Below, piece after piece: positions 38,576-54,430 of a DNA stretch of 64,000 nt. The position numbers and the translations under genes are program-made. Under the pieces are notes generated by a model, which saw only the letters and a list, made by a program, of their open reading frames with translations, made no database searches and was not told the origin of the DNA. The DNA is from the human T2T-CHM13v2.0 reference genome, Homo sapiens: the NCBI RefSeq assembly GCF_009914755.1, contig NC_060934.1. One strand, 5' to 3'. Within the stretch, counting starts at the first letter, position 1. Every line of letters starts with the position of its first letter.

Positions 38576-39305
38576 GAGCCCTAATTTATACATGTATTCT
38601 CAGTTTGAATTAAATTTAGCTTGTTTACTTAAAAGTAGTGTTGAAGGTATTTTTCATACTATATTTTAATACTAGATTAAAGTTGATACTAATTTTATGC
38701 AGTTTTAAGTATTAAGACTAATCATTTGACCTTTGCTTTCTTTACCTAAAACATGGAAAATACTGATTTCATAGATTAAATGAGATGATTTGTGTGAAGC
38801 ACAAGCACAGAGTTTGGCATCTGGTCAATGTGCAATAAATGCTTGCTTTTATCCTCATAGTGACCTTCCTTGATCTTAAAATGGTAGTAATTAGGCTTTA
38901 AGATGAAATGGCTTATGCTGGTTTTAAAATATATTGTATTCGGAATCCTTTGTAAAGTAACAAAAATCTACAATGCTTAGTAGGCCTCCAAAGGGTATAG
39001 AGGAGAAAAGCTAATTTTTTATAGTTTTATAAGCAAAGTTCCGGTATGTCAGGAGCTTGCTTAAAATTATATGTTTTATGCTTCTTAATTTAGGTACTTT
39101 AGATTTCTCCTAGATATTTTAAAACATTGCTGGCCACTTTGGGCATAAAAATCTAAAATATAATCTGTAACTATTTCAGATTTCATGGTAAGACCAAACT
39201 GCATTATAATTTTTGTAAGGAGCTAAACTCTTAGACTTTACTATTTATGTACTCTGACCATTGGACTGGAACTGAAAACAACTTAAAGATGCAATTTGGC
39301 CTGGC

Positions 39306-40028
39306 TGTGTTAAATTAGTCTGCTTTGCATTGCTATAAAGGAATACCTGGCTGGGGCAGTGGCCCATGCCTGTAATCCCAGCACTTTGGGAGCCTGAGTT
39401 GGGTGGATTATTTGAGCTCAGGAGTTCGAGACGAGCCTGGCCAACATGGTGAAACCCTGTCTCTACAAAAAAATACAAAAATCAGCTGGGCATGGTGGCA
39501 GGCGCCTGTAATCCCAGCTACGCCGGAGGCTGAGGCAGGAGAATCACTTGAAACTTGAACCCGGAAGGCAGAAGTTGCAGTAAGCCAGATTGCACCACTG
39601 CTCTCCAGCCTGGGCCACAGAGCGAGGCTCCATCTCAAAAAAAAAAAAAAAAAATAAAAGAAAAGGAAAAAGAAATACTTGAGGCTGGATAATATATAAA
39701 GAAAAGAAGTTTGTTTTGGCTCACGGTTCTGCAGGCTGCACAAGAAGCATGGCACCAGTATCTGCTTCTAGGGAAGCCTCCAGAAGCTTCAAATCATGGC
39801 AGCAGGAGAAGGGGGAGCCAGGGTATCACATGGAGAGAGAGGGAGCAAGAGAGAGGGGAAGTGCCACACTCTTCAACAACCAGCTCTCAGAACTACCAGA
39901 GCGAGAACTCATGACCATTCATGAGGGATCCCCCATGACCCAAACACCTCCCACAAGGCCCCACCTCCAACATTGAGGATTATATTTCAACATGAGATTG
40001 GGAGCGGATAAGCATCCAAACTGTATCA
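39306..40028 (+). mobile_element. MST-type MaLR solo LTR interrupted by an Alu (39349-39670)
   Basis: TTAGTC...TTGCTATAAAGGAATACCTG start; GGCTCACGGTTCTGCAGGCTG; end ATCCAAACTGTATCA. Confidence 0.85.
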
Positions 40029-40861
40029 CGTTTTGTCAAAATGATTCTGATTTTGACATCTACTTTTATGTAATTCTTCTTTCCTGTTGCATAAAAAGCC
40101 TTTTTTTGGCTTAGAATCTTACTGCAAATTCTTTATGTGTATTTATTATTTTGAAATACATTTGGCTAGTAAATTATGATCAGTTTCAGTCTTACTGAAA
40201 CCAAATACGAGATTGGCTTTCAAAAGTTCCTTCCAGAGCTAAAAGAGTTTGACTTCTATAAAGGTCATGTCCATTTTTATAGTACTTTAATATATATATT
40301 ATTATAATAAGTGAAACATATCTCATATTGGTTAGAATATAAAATGATGCCCCAAATACTATAAATAGGAAATCCAAGATACTGTACAGATTAGCTAGAA
40401 AAAAAAAAGTTTAGCTAGGGCACTGTTCTCAAAGGATAAAGAACCCTAATTTTAATTTAAGTGCTTACTGGAAGCATTATCAAAATAGATTATTTAAACC
40501 CTTCTGGATAATTAAGAATGACTGAATTATAACACTTGCTTTGCTTTCAAGAAGTGAATTTTTTAGAAACATGAAATTTGACCATTTACGTTTACAGTAT
40601 CAGAAACAATGATCCTTTTCCCCCTTTTCAATTCAGATTATGGATTTCAGCTTATGCGCTATACATAAAAAAAAGGATTGGAGGCAACAACAACATCTCT
40701 TTAGAAGATAATGGATAGTAAATATAGAAATAATAATCATACTTGGCTTATCTCTTTGTAACAAATATTTTCAACATATATTCTTAAGGTAAAATTTAAA
40801 TGCATTGAATTTGCAATTTGTTAGCCACACTATCTTAAAAACAAAACAAAAAAAACAGCTA

Positions 40862-41738
<877 letters not shown>

Positions 41739-42039
41739 TTAAAGTGGAATATTTTACATCTTTATTCAGGTATTTGATTTATAATATTCTTATTATTTTC
41801 AGCTTTAAAACATTTGAAATATTCTAATATTCTCTTAAATGCTTTTTCCCCTATAGAACAGACTTTTGAGAATCCTGTCTTAATACATAAATATCAAGAT
41901 AGTTTTCAACTTCTTGCTTAGCTTGTTAGTGTATTTTTATTGTAGTCCTTAAACTAGGTAGTACAGAGATTTGATTTTTCAGGAGCAGAGTTGATAGAGC
42001 AGTCTGCTATATTGTGAATTCACATTTTAAAATCCTTTA

Positions 42040-42306
42040 TTGTCTTGAATGCAGGCCTAGTAGCTTTGTGACATGTGCAGCTATACTATGACATCATAAA
42101 CCCCATCGTGAGGGAACCTAGCTACGGGTCAGAGCTAGTCCACTAGGTGCTAATCAAATGCTGTGTTACAACACTGTGAGGTTTTCCCAGTTATAAGTGT
42201 CACTATTAGGGTTTTTTTTAATTGCAAAGCCAAATAAGGCTGTCAATTGCATCATCTTACCTTATTTCTTCAGATTAAGTACTGTTTATAGTGGGATTTT
42301 TGGTGG
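42040..42306 (+). promoter_or_regulatory. CREM: Internal CREM promoter/5' UTR upstream of theta1 (P3-type)
   Basis: Unique sequence immediately upstream of the theta1 ATG, with CRE variant TGACATCA at 42089-42096. Confidence 0.6.
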
Positions 42307-42384
42307 ATGTGGTGGCATCAGCATAATCTATGTTTCAGGCGTCCTATAGAAGAGGATTATTCTTCAGGGGATGTGGAAGAAAAG
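42307..42384 (+). CDS. CREM: CREM alternative first exon (theta1-type), MWWHQHNLCFRRPIEEDYSSGDVEEK
   Basis: ATG 42307, 26 open codons, phase-0 donor AAG|GTAAAT compatible with exons C and E; peptide recognised as a testis CREM N-terminus. Confidence 0.85.
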
Positions 42385-42477
42385 GTAAATGATGTCTGCT
42401 ATAAGTACCTTCACACTTTTAAAGCCTTGTGAAAAGAGGGGTAAAAATTGTGAAATATAAAATAACATCCATTTTAT

Positions 42478-45389
<2,912 letters not shown>

Positions 45390-45698
45390 TTAACCTATTA
45401 ACTCTACCAGTATAATTATAAGGTTGACGCTCTTGCTTATAAGTTTTGGCCTAACCAGTGAGAATGTAGAATGATAGTTCTCCAGATATAAGAGTTTTCT
45501 TTTTTAAAAGGAGACATTTGAATTCTACCTCCAGATGCGTCATTTATGCAGGTTCTCAGCCTTTATTTTAGCATTTTAATGAAAAAATTGTCTCATGAGC
45601 TTTTGGCCTGCCTAGAGTTTGGACATATGGAAGTTTCCTTGTAGTTACAGAATCTGTATAACCTATCTCCAGAATTGTAAGGATATGGTTTATGTTAG

Positions 45699-46038
<340 letters not shown>

Positions 46039-46899
46039 ACTTAGCCATTTTTGATAGAGTTATTGTTTAATTAAAATTCTGATAATTGTACTTGAAAGAT
46101 GATTAAAGCAATGTAAAGGATGATTTATGCCTATCAGATGCCCATGAATCTTTGTTGAATTGTTTTTCTGTTCTCCATAATAATCTGATTTCTTTGAAGC
46201 TGGGCATTTCCCCACAAAAAATGAATGTGGACACCACCTGCCATCTCAACCCACAGGTCTAGTTTGTGAGAATACTTGTAGGACCCCTGGGTTTCCCCCG
46301 CTATAGTTTCAAGTACATTGTCTTCAGATACCTTATTCTATGTACTTGGAAAAAAGAGTAAAACATTGAGAGCCACTGGGATCTGACAAGCTTTGGGAGC
46401 TCCTTAATTCTAAAAAGAAAATTATTTTGATTTGAGAAAATGTAATATCTTCAGAAATTTCCACCACCCAGCTATGTGACTGCATTTTTAAAAAAGGAAA
46501 GGAACAGAGGAAAATCAAGTCACTCTACCCTCCTTACTTACCTGTGGCTTGTCCCTACACATGGTGGTGGGTGGGAGAAGTGGTGGTGGAGTACTGGGTC
46601 CTCCAGAGAGCTCAGTTTGGAATCTGGAACTAAAGATCATGTCCCAATTTCCTGAGCTGATGGGATAGAAGCTGGTCAATGAAGTCTTCTTTTTGTGTTA
46701 ATTTTTTTCCTTTGTTTTCTTTTGTTTTATGTAGTTATAAAGCATAATTTCTATTTTGCCAGTCTCTGACACATGGGCTCTGTCAGGGTTACTGGATATG
46801 TTTATTTTGTCTCTGCTGCTCTACTGGAGCTGAAATCTCAGCCTGTCTGAGCAGTTCTTTAAGCTGAAAGCCAGGGTGTAGGGGCTAGATTAGTGTGGA

Positions 46900-48489
46900 A
46901 TAGCTGTTTTCAAAGTGTGGTGTGCAGAACCCTGGGGGTGACTCTGAGACATTTTCATGAGGCTTGCTAGGTCAAAACCATTTTCACGGTGATGCTAAGA
47001 TGTTGTTTTTCTTTTTCTCTGTTTTGATATCCACACTGATGGTGCAAAAACAGTGGTGGTGGGGGAGTGGTAAATTGTTGGGTGCCTTAACTCAAGTCAG
47101 TGACACAAACTGTGTTAGTATTAACTGTATTCTTCACTGCCATCCACTTGCAGTTTTTTTTTTTTAAGTCAGTTTTACTTAAGAATATCTTTGATGAAGC
47201 AGTAAAAATTACCATTGCATTAAATCTTGACTCTGAGTACATGCTGTTTTGATATTCTGTGTCCTGAAGTGGGACAGCTGCAGAAAGCACCCCCCCGCTG
47301 CGTCCTGACGACCCATGGTGTTCTTAAGGAAAAGCACGTGTGTTATTTGAGTGCCAAGATGAATTAGCTGCCTGTTTTTCCACAGAACGTCATTTTCTTC
47401 AAAAGAATGACTAATTTCCAAATGATGGCTATTCAAACTTGAAGACATTTCCTCAAAAACAAATGAAGTGAGCTTGTCAGTTCAAGGGAAACAACTCATG
47501 GTGTTTATTGTCACAAGCTTTTAAGCCAAAACTTTGAATTTTGGAAAATCTGCATCTGCCATTGTGAGCTTGACAATATTCATAGTTTTCTGATCAAACT
47601 GGTTATACTTTAATGAAATGTGATTTATAATACTGTGTCATGAAATGTGTCCACGTTTGGAAGATCTCCTGAACTCAGTGAGCCAGTATTTTCCAAATGA
47701 ATACTTCAGGATGTTACAAAATCTTACGTGGGTAAGAGATTCATCCAAAGTACAAGACAGATCAATGGATTTTAATGTAACTGATACTGTCTCAGATTGT
47801 ATGTTGCAATTAATCCTTAAGAGACAATCAGTTGTCAAGTTTTGGTGTATCCATGAAGAATATCCATGATTTTCTACAGAAGCTATTATAATATTCCTCC
47901 CTTTTTCTAACACGAGTCTTTGTGAGGCCCAGATTTTCTTCACATACCAACTAAAGCAACATACTGCAACAGATTCAGTGTAGAAGTAGATATGAGAATC
48001 TGGCTATCTTCAGTTAAACCTGACATTAAAATAATTTGTAAAAATGTAAAACAGTGCTACTCTTCTGATTTTTTTGAAAATGTAATCATTTTTCATAAAA
48101 TGTTATTTATGGTAGCACATACTTATTATTTTAAAATAAGTTACTATTTTTAAAATTTCTGTTTTAATTTCCAGTATGTTAAATATCAACATATATAACC
48201 AGTGGTGTGCACAGCTGGCTTGTACCAGTGAAAACCAATTGTATAATCTTTATCCGGCTTTGTGTTCAATGTCATCCATTGGCAGCTTGAAATCAGCCAT
48301 AGTAGGAGTACTTACATCACAGAAGTGAGCAAACGCTACAAGTCAGTGTTCCTCCTTCTTAAGATCTAGTTAAGTGTTTACCAGCCCTCTACTGAATATC
48401 AATCACAGAAACAAAAGCTCTTTGAGGTCATCAGTAATTTTTAAGAGTGTAAAGATGCCCTGAGACTAAAATATTTGAGAATTAGTTGT
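46900..48489. mobile_element. Charlie1-type hAT transposon remnant with nested MER63-like MITE (48200-48394)
   Basis: TTTCAAAGTGTGG start and TTTGAGAA end; decayed transposase peptide LEDLLNSVSQYFPN...W; nested CAGTGGTGTGC...ACTG. Confidence 0.75.
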
Positions 48490-49745
48490 GAGGAGAAAGA
48501 GTTATCTTTTGAGAGTTAGTCACTATAGAGGTGTATAATTCATACAGAGTTGCCTTTTGTGCCGGAAACATTTGTAGAATAAATCCAATGTTTTAAAACT
48601 TGCAGTTGTTAAATCTACTGGTTCCATAATGGGAGGATGTTTTTCTTTTCCCTGGAATCTAAACTAGATGATAATACTCTGGGGGTAGGTGAGCTGAATT
48701 TTCCCTGTGGGCTACATATTGGTTGCCTCTGTCCTGGTTTCACACTATCTGTCCAACTGTTATCTAGGTTTAGATCAAGCCTTCACTCAAGCTCTGGCAT
48801 CTACATAAAGCCCTCACTTACTGTTTGGGCCCATACTGATCTTTCTATTCTGTACTCCTGTGATATTCATGGCCTCTAAAATGGAGCAATTCGTTCTGTA
48901 CTATTTGGTGTGCCATTGTTTCTTAGGTGCTAGTTTTATTAATTCTATTTTCTAATAGTGCACCTAGTACAAGGCTCAACACCTAGGTTCTCTTACACGG
49001 ATAAAACATGTTTTAACTTTTGGATTGCCAGAGAAGTTAGTTTTCCAAGGGAATGATGATGTAAATAAATCTTAGTTATTTGTTATAAACCCAGTTTTTA
49101 ATAATTCTTTTCAGATATTAATATAAGTTGGAAATCATTGGTGTTCCTCAAAGTGAAGTCACACACAAAGTCTTCCTTGAAAAAATTGTTTTAGATGCTG
49201 TGGTTCTACTACCACTCATGATAGACACTGGTGACTTATTTCCAAGGTCTTTGACTCTTGAGTAAGTCATAATGAATGGTGAATCTTAGTAAAATGAGGC
49301 AAAGTTTCTGCAATTATGCTAGCCTATAGGACAGAGTTGTTTACTAATTAGAAAACCTGGCAGGTTTTGAGTCCAGAGGAGTGGTTAGTATCGTGTTTTT
49401 CTGGTAGGGATCTCTGTTGAAGGAACTCAGGGAAGTAGTGAGGAGATGGCTGTTGTGCTGATCTCTGCCCAAAGTTAAGTGATAGTTCTGGCCTCTCTGG
49501 ATGCTTTAGCTAGGGAGAGGAAAAGTGTCCAGAGGCCTCATCAGCCTTCAAGGCATGAGCTTTCTCTGGGTCAGAGACACCAGGGGCTTGAAAGGTCCTG
49601 GAATTTCTTCGGCCTATGCCTTTTTAGTTATTATGAGGGCATAACAGTGACTGTGATTTTTATCAGTCTAGAGACAAAGCATCAGCTCACATCCAGAGTA
49701 ACACTAGAATATCATATGTCACACATTTAATAAAAATAATTCACT

Positions 49746-50035
49746 GGCCAGGTACAGTGGCTCACGCCTGTAATCCCAGCACTTTGGGAGGCCAAGGTGG
49801 GCAGATCACAAGGTCAGGAGATCGAGACCATCCTGGCTAATGGGTGAAACCCCGTCTCTACTAAAAATACAAACAATTAGCTGAGCGTGGTGGCGGGCAC
49901 CTGTAGTCCCAGCTACTCAGGAGGCTGAGGCAGGAGAATGGCTTGAACCTGGGAGGTAGAGCTTGCAGGGAGCCAAGATCACGCCACTGCACTCCAGCCT
50001 GGGCAGCAGAGCAAGACTCCGTCTCAAAAAAAAAA
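49746..50035 (+). mobile_element. AluY/Sc-like
   Basis: GAGATCGAGACCATCCTGGCTAA diagnostic sequence. Confidence 0.9.
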
Positions 50036-50109
50036 GAACCATAGTTAAGTTCTATCTCCAATTTCTCTGAAGAAGTTAGAGGGTAGTTTATACTCTGGCC
50101 TAAGAAAGG

Positions 50110-50285
50110 CTTCACTGTTAGTAGGCGTGAGGTCGTAGTGAGGTAGTTTAACTGCTTTAGAACTTTGTGCTTGGAACATTCTTAGCCACCGAAGTATGGG
50201 CACCAAAAGCGATAAGGAGCATGTGTTCCTTAATAAATGTCACATCAGAAAATGACTGTTCCAGGACAGTAACCACCTCCCGATG
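50110..50285 (+). other. CREM: CREM alternative first exon (theta2-type) contributing only the initiator ATG (5' end approximate)
   Basis: ATG|GTAAGT at 50283-50285/50286, 147 nt upstream of the exon C acceptor; in frame with exon C (M-VSVAG) or exon E (M-VAAIA). Confidence 0.7.
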
Positions 50286-50432
50286 GTAAGTATCCTAGAT
50301 AGTTTGTCATTTCTCAGCAGCAGGAAAAAGAGAAGTAGGCCAGTCATATTAGTGAGTGGTATTACTTAAAAATAGCAAAAACAATAACAAAAAAGGTCCA
50401 GCTTTAATCCTCAATGGTGATCATTTTGGCAG

Positions 50433-50579
50433 GTTTCTGTGGCTGGATCAGGCACCAGAAGAGGCTCCCCAGCTGTAACTCTAGTGCAGTTACCTTCGGG
50501 CCAAACTATACATGTCCAGGGAGTAATTCAGACACCACAGCCATGGGTTATTCAGTCATCAGAAATACACACCGTTCAG
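50433..50579 (+). CDS. CREM: CREM exon C (Q1 glutamine-rich domain), VSVAGSGTRRGSPAVTLVQLPSGQTIHVQGVIQTPQPWVIQSSEIHTVQ
   Basis: cag| at 50432, CAG|GTTAGC at 50579; 147 nt, phase 0-0; VTLVQLPSGQT is the CREB-family Q1 motif. Confidence 0.96.
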
Positions 50580-50946
50580 GTTAGCTTCCTTCCTGAATGG
50601 TTTTGTCTTTGACTTTCTTGAGCCATTTTTTTCCTCTTTCACTAATTCATTTATCATTTTTCTTTATGAAGTGCTTATACGCAAATCTTTTTATTAGATA
50701 TTTGGAGGAATCTCTTCTCCTTGCGTAAGGTGCTCTGTGTCCTGCTAGGTACGTAGGTTTCACTTCAGAGCTGCAGCTTTGTTGCCAACTTTTCATTTGG
50801 GGACTGAGTAATTGCAGATGAGCAGTTCATGTCTTCTTCACTTTGTTGTTCTGTGTTCAAACTCAGATTTATTTAGCAATGCTCCCCAAGGGTGCTGAAA
50901 AATATTTTGAGGGTGCATCAGAGAAGATGTGTGATAAACACAGTAA

Positions 50947-51288
<342 letters not shown>

Positions 51289-51310
51289 AGTGCTGATGCT
51301 GTTTTCATGA

Positions 51311-51370
51311 ATAATCACCTTAGTAGGTAGATATAAATTTATAATCACCTTAGTAGGTAGATATAAATTT
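51311..51370. repeat. Perfect 30-bp tandem duplication
   Basis: ATAATCACCTTAGTAGGTAGATATAAATTT x2. Confidence 0.95.
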
Positions 51371-53468
51371 ATTTTAAATTCGGTATACATAATTCTTGGT
51401 AAGATGATATTATTAATGTATCCCTCTCGATTAAACCTTGGCTTTTGTAGATATGATTATTATTGTGGTTGTGATCCAGAGATGTATTTTACCCTTAACA
51501 TTTCTTGAAGTTAAAACATTTTTTCCATCAATAGATGTAAATTATTAAATATGCATTTTTTAAAGTATGCATCTTAATTACTGAATTTATTTTTGTTCAT
51601 TTTTAAGGTCAGTTATTATCCTTTAAATGCTGAAATTATTTGAACCTAATTGATGACAAAAAAAAAAATCTGTGAGGAAAATGGAGACACGTATACATAG
51701 TATAGTCCTTTTCTTGCGTGTTCAAGTAGTTTATCACAGTAGAATGATAAGAGTGGCGACAAGATACCTGATGTGACAAATTCACATACATTAAAAGCTT
51801 GATTATCTTTGTGGCATGGGTATTTTCTCCTGTGTTTCCCAGAAGTGTAAGAATAATTCTCATCATTATCTTTTTTTCCTGTGATGGCCCCTGATTCCAA
51901 GAGTTTCTAATTCTTTCTGACACTAATTATAAAACAAGAAAGTCTTTCCAACCTCTTCTTTGTTTTATGACTTTTATTGAGGTCCACATATTTCTACTTA
52001 GTTTTAACCTGGCTGGTATTGGAAGAAAGTATTGTCTATTATTATTATTTATTATTTAATAGAGACAGAATTCTCAGTATGTTACCCAGGTTTGTGTTGA
52101 GGCCCTGGCCTCAAGTGATCCTCTTGCCTCAGTCTTTCAAAGTGCTGGGATTACAGATGTGAGCCACAGCACCCGGCTGAAAGAAAGTATTCTGTTATAT
52201 TCAGTAGACTTTGTTTGGATTTTGTTAAGTGAACGATTTAATTGTCCTTGTAGAAAGAGGTGCCAGTGGATCTTGTCCTAGAATACTTACGTGTTGGATC
52301 ATGGTCAAGCCACTTAATCTCTGTGCATGAACTTTAATTTTCACCTTTCTAAAATAGGTAAATTAATAGCCTACCTCACCTAAGGGAGTTGTTATGATTC
52401 TATGACAGATGTGTGACAGCCCGGTGTAAAATGATAAATATTTAATATTTGGTGGTGATATATGATTATCTGAGGCAACAACATTTTTCTCAGTCCTGTT
52501 GATTGGGTGTGTGTGCTTATGTGTGGGGCGTTCATGAGCAAAAACACGAGTCATATGTGGAGGTGAATATACACCTCCGTGTACTTCGGGAAGTATATAT
52601 TCTTGCTTGCATTGTTGATATTTTAATAAGCTCTTTTGATTTTGTCCAAATCAATTTCCCATGTAATTATAATATGAAGTGAGTTTTGTAAACTCTGCTA
52701 CCCTAGGCCCTCAAAGTATTAATAATTGACTGAATATATCAAAATCAGTCATGTTGTTGAAGAGATTCATTATTTTAGTTTTCTGACTTCTTTAATAATC
52801 ATATCACTGTATTATTACTTGACTTGAAAAATGAAATCATGCTTAAAACTCTGATCTTTCTCTTAAGGAGAAATGCTTTATTTGGATCTTCAAGACCCAC
52901 CGCCACCAAGCCCTAACTTACTCCTTGTAATAGAAATCCTGATTTTACCCAGGCTTGCTTACTGACTTGCTTATCTACTTAAATATTCTGTCTTGGGCCT
53001 ATCTGATGGCTAATGTGAAGACCCAGCTCACGCCAGCGCCAGCTGTGAGAGTGTGGGAACAGCAGTGTGATCCGGGAGCTCTCTTCTGCGTTGGCCCCTC
53101 GCTGGCTCCCTCCTGGATTCGTAGGAGCACTTTCAGGTTGAGGAGCTTAGGTCTTGGGTATTTTACATTTTGTTCTTTCCTGCAATGCCTCATTTGACAT
53201 CCCAACCACTCTTTCCCTAGTATTTCTGTAGTATAGAGTACCCGTAACATTCCTTTCCACACACATTTGTTTTATAACTGAAATGTTTGCGTCTGCGCTT
53301 CCTTTCTTGAGCCAGACTCCTTCAGTGCAGATTCACTGTGTTCTATTGCTCAGTTGCTTCCACAGCTCCTGGCTCAGTGCTGCACACACAGACTCTTAGC
53401 CTCAATTTTTTGAATGAGGGAAAAGAGCATATATTTTATGATACATTTCAGAAAATCTTGTATTATAG

Positions 53469-53566
53469 GTAGCAGCAATTGCAGAGACAGATGAATCTGC
53501 AGAATCAGAAGGTGTAATTGATTCTCATAAACGTAGAGAAATCCTTTCACGAAGACCCTCTTATAG
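53469..53566 (+). CDS. CREM: CREM exon E (KID part 1), VAAIAETDESAESEGVIDSHKRREILSRRPSY(R)
   Basis: tag| at 53468, AG|GTAAGT at 53566; contains the PKA site RRPSY. Confidence 0.97.
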
Positions 53567-53713
53567 GTAAGTTAACCAAGTTTCCTAATGTAAAGATACT
53601 TTTTCCAAAATGGTAGAATAATTATACATCAAATCAATTCTTCCTTTATAGCTTTTCTGTTTTAAGACTTATTCATGTATCTTAGTGACTTACCTTGTTA
53701 AATTGTATTTTAG

Positions 53714-53856
53714 GAAAATACTGAATGAACTGTCCTCTGATGTGCCTGGTGTTCCCAAGATTGAAGAAGAGAGATCAGAGGAAGAAGGAACACCACCTAG
53801 TATTGCTACCATGGCAGTACCAACTAGCATATATCAGACTAGCACGGGGCAATACA
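53714..53856 (+). CDS. CREM: CREM exon F (KID part 2), KILNELSSDVPGVPKIEEERSEEEGTPPSIATMAVPTSIYQTSTGQY
   Basis: tag| at 53713, ACA|GTATGT at 53856; phases 2-1; lies within track ORF 53685-53909. Confidence 0.97.
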
Positions 53857-54430
53857 GTATGTATGCTGCAATTCGATATGATACAGTGCTAGCTTTAAGT
53901 CTTCTCTAGTTATATTGAAGCAACTCAGGTTTTGGCATTAAATTGTTCCATTTTAAAATGCATCATTAATACCTAAACTGTATCATAGAATGAAAGTATA
54001 TGTTAAAAAGTGAGATCTTTGTATTGACAGCTGTCATATAATTTTGAAAAGTAAAAATTTTGACTGCCGAATATAGAAGAAAATTTTGGGGTAAAAAGGA
54101 GAATTTTTCCTATTTACATGTTTATATTAATCTCTAGTAAAACATTGTTTTTGTTGTCTTTATGATGCATGCGAACATAAATGTCTGTATTTCATTCTTG
54201 TTGGCTTTTGTTACCCACAATTACATACTATTCTTACTAATCTGAGAGTTTTCTAAAGTATGTTTTCAATGTTTCACTACTCTCTACTCTGTTAATTTGT
54301 GCTACAGTTTTTCCTAAAAGAGAATGGAAAAATGATTTAATTTTTTAAACTGTAGCAATTGGATAGATAATTTTATTTGAAATTTTACACACTGAAAGCT
54401 CTAAATAAACAGATACATTCACATTCAGTC
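53857..54430 (+). other. CREM: Intronic extension of exon F as an alternative terminal exon (SMYAAIRYDTVLALSLL*, then 3' UTR)
   Basis: Frame stays open to the stop at 53907-53909; ATTAAA 53937-53942; AATAAA 54404-54409 followed by CA and a GT/T-rich tract. Confidence 0.65.
54404..54409 (+). terminator. Intronic polyadenylation signal AATAAA
   Basis: Canonical hexamer with CA about 18 nt downstream and GTCTTGTGCATTTT downstream element. Confidence 0.6.

Noticed and set aside
40636-40788. Strong acceptor at 40635 with AAG|GTAAAA donor as a possible cassette exon
   Set aside because: No peptide similarity or other support; indistinguishable from a pseudo-exon.
50139-50150. TGAGGTAGTT resembling the let-7 5' end
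   Set aside because: Only about 9 nt match and no precursor hairpin is evident.
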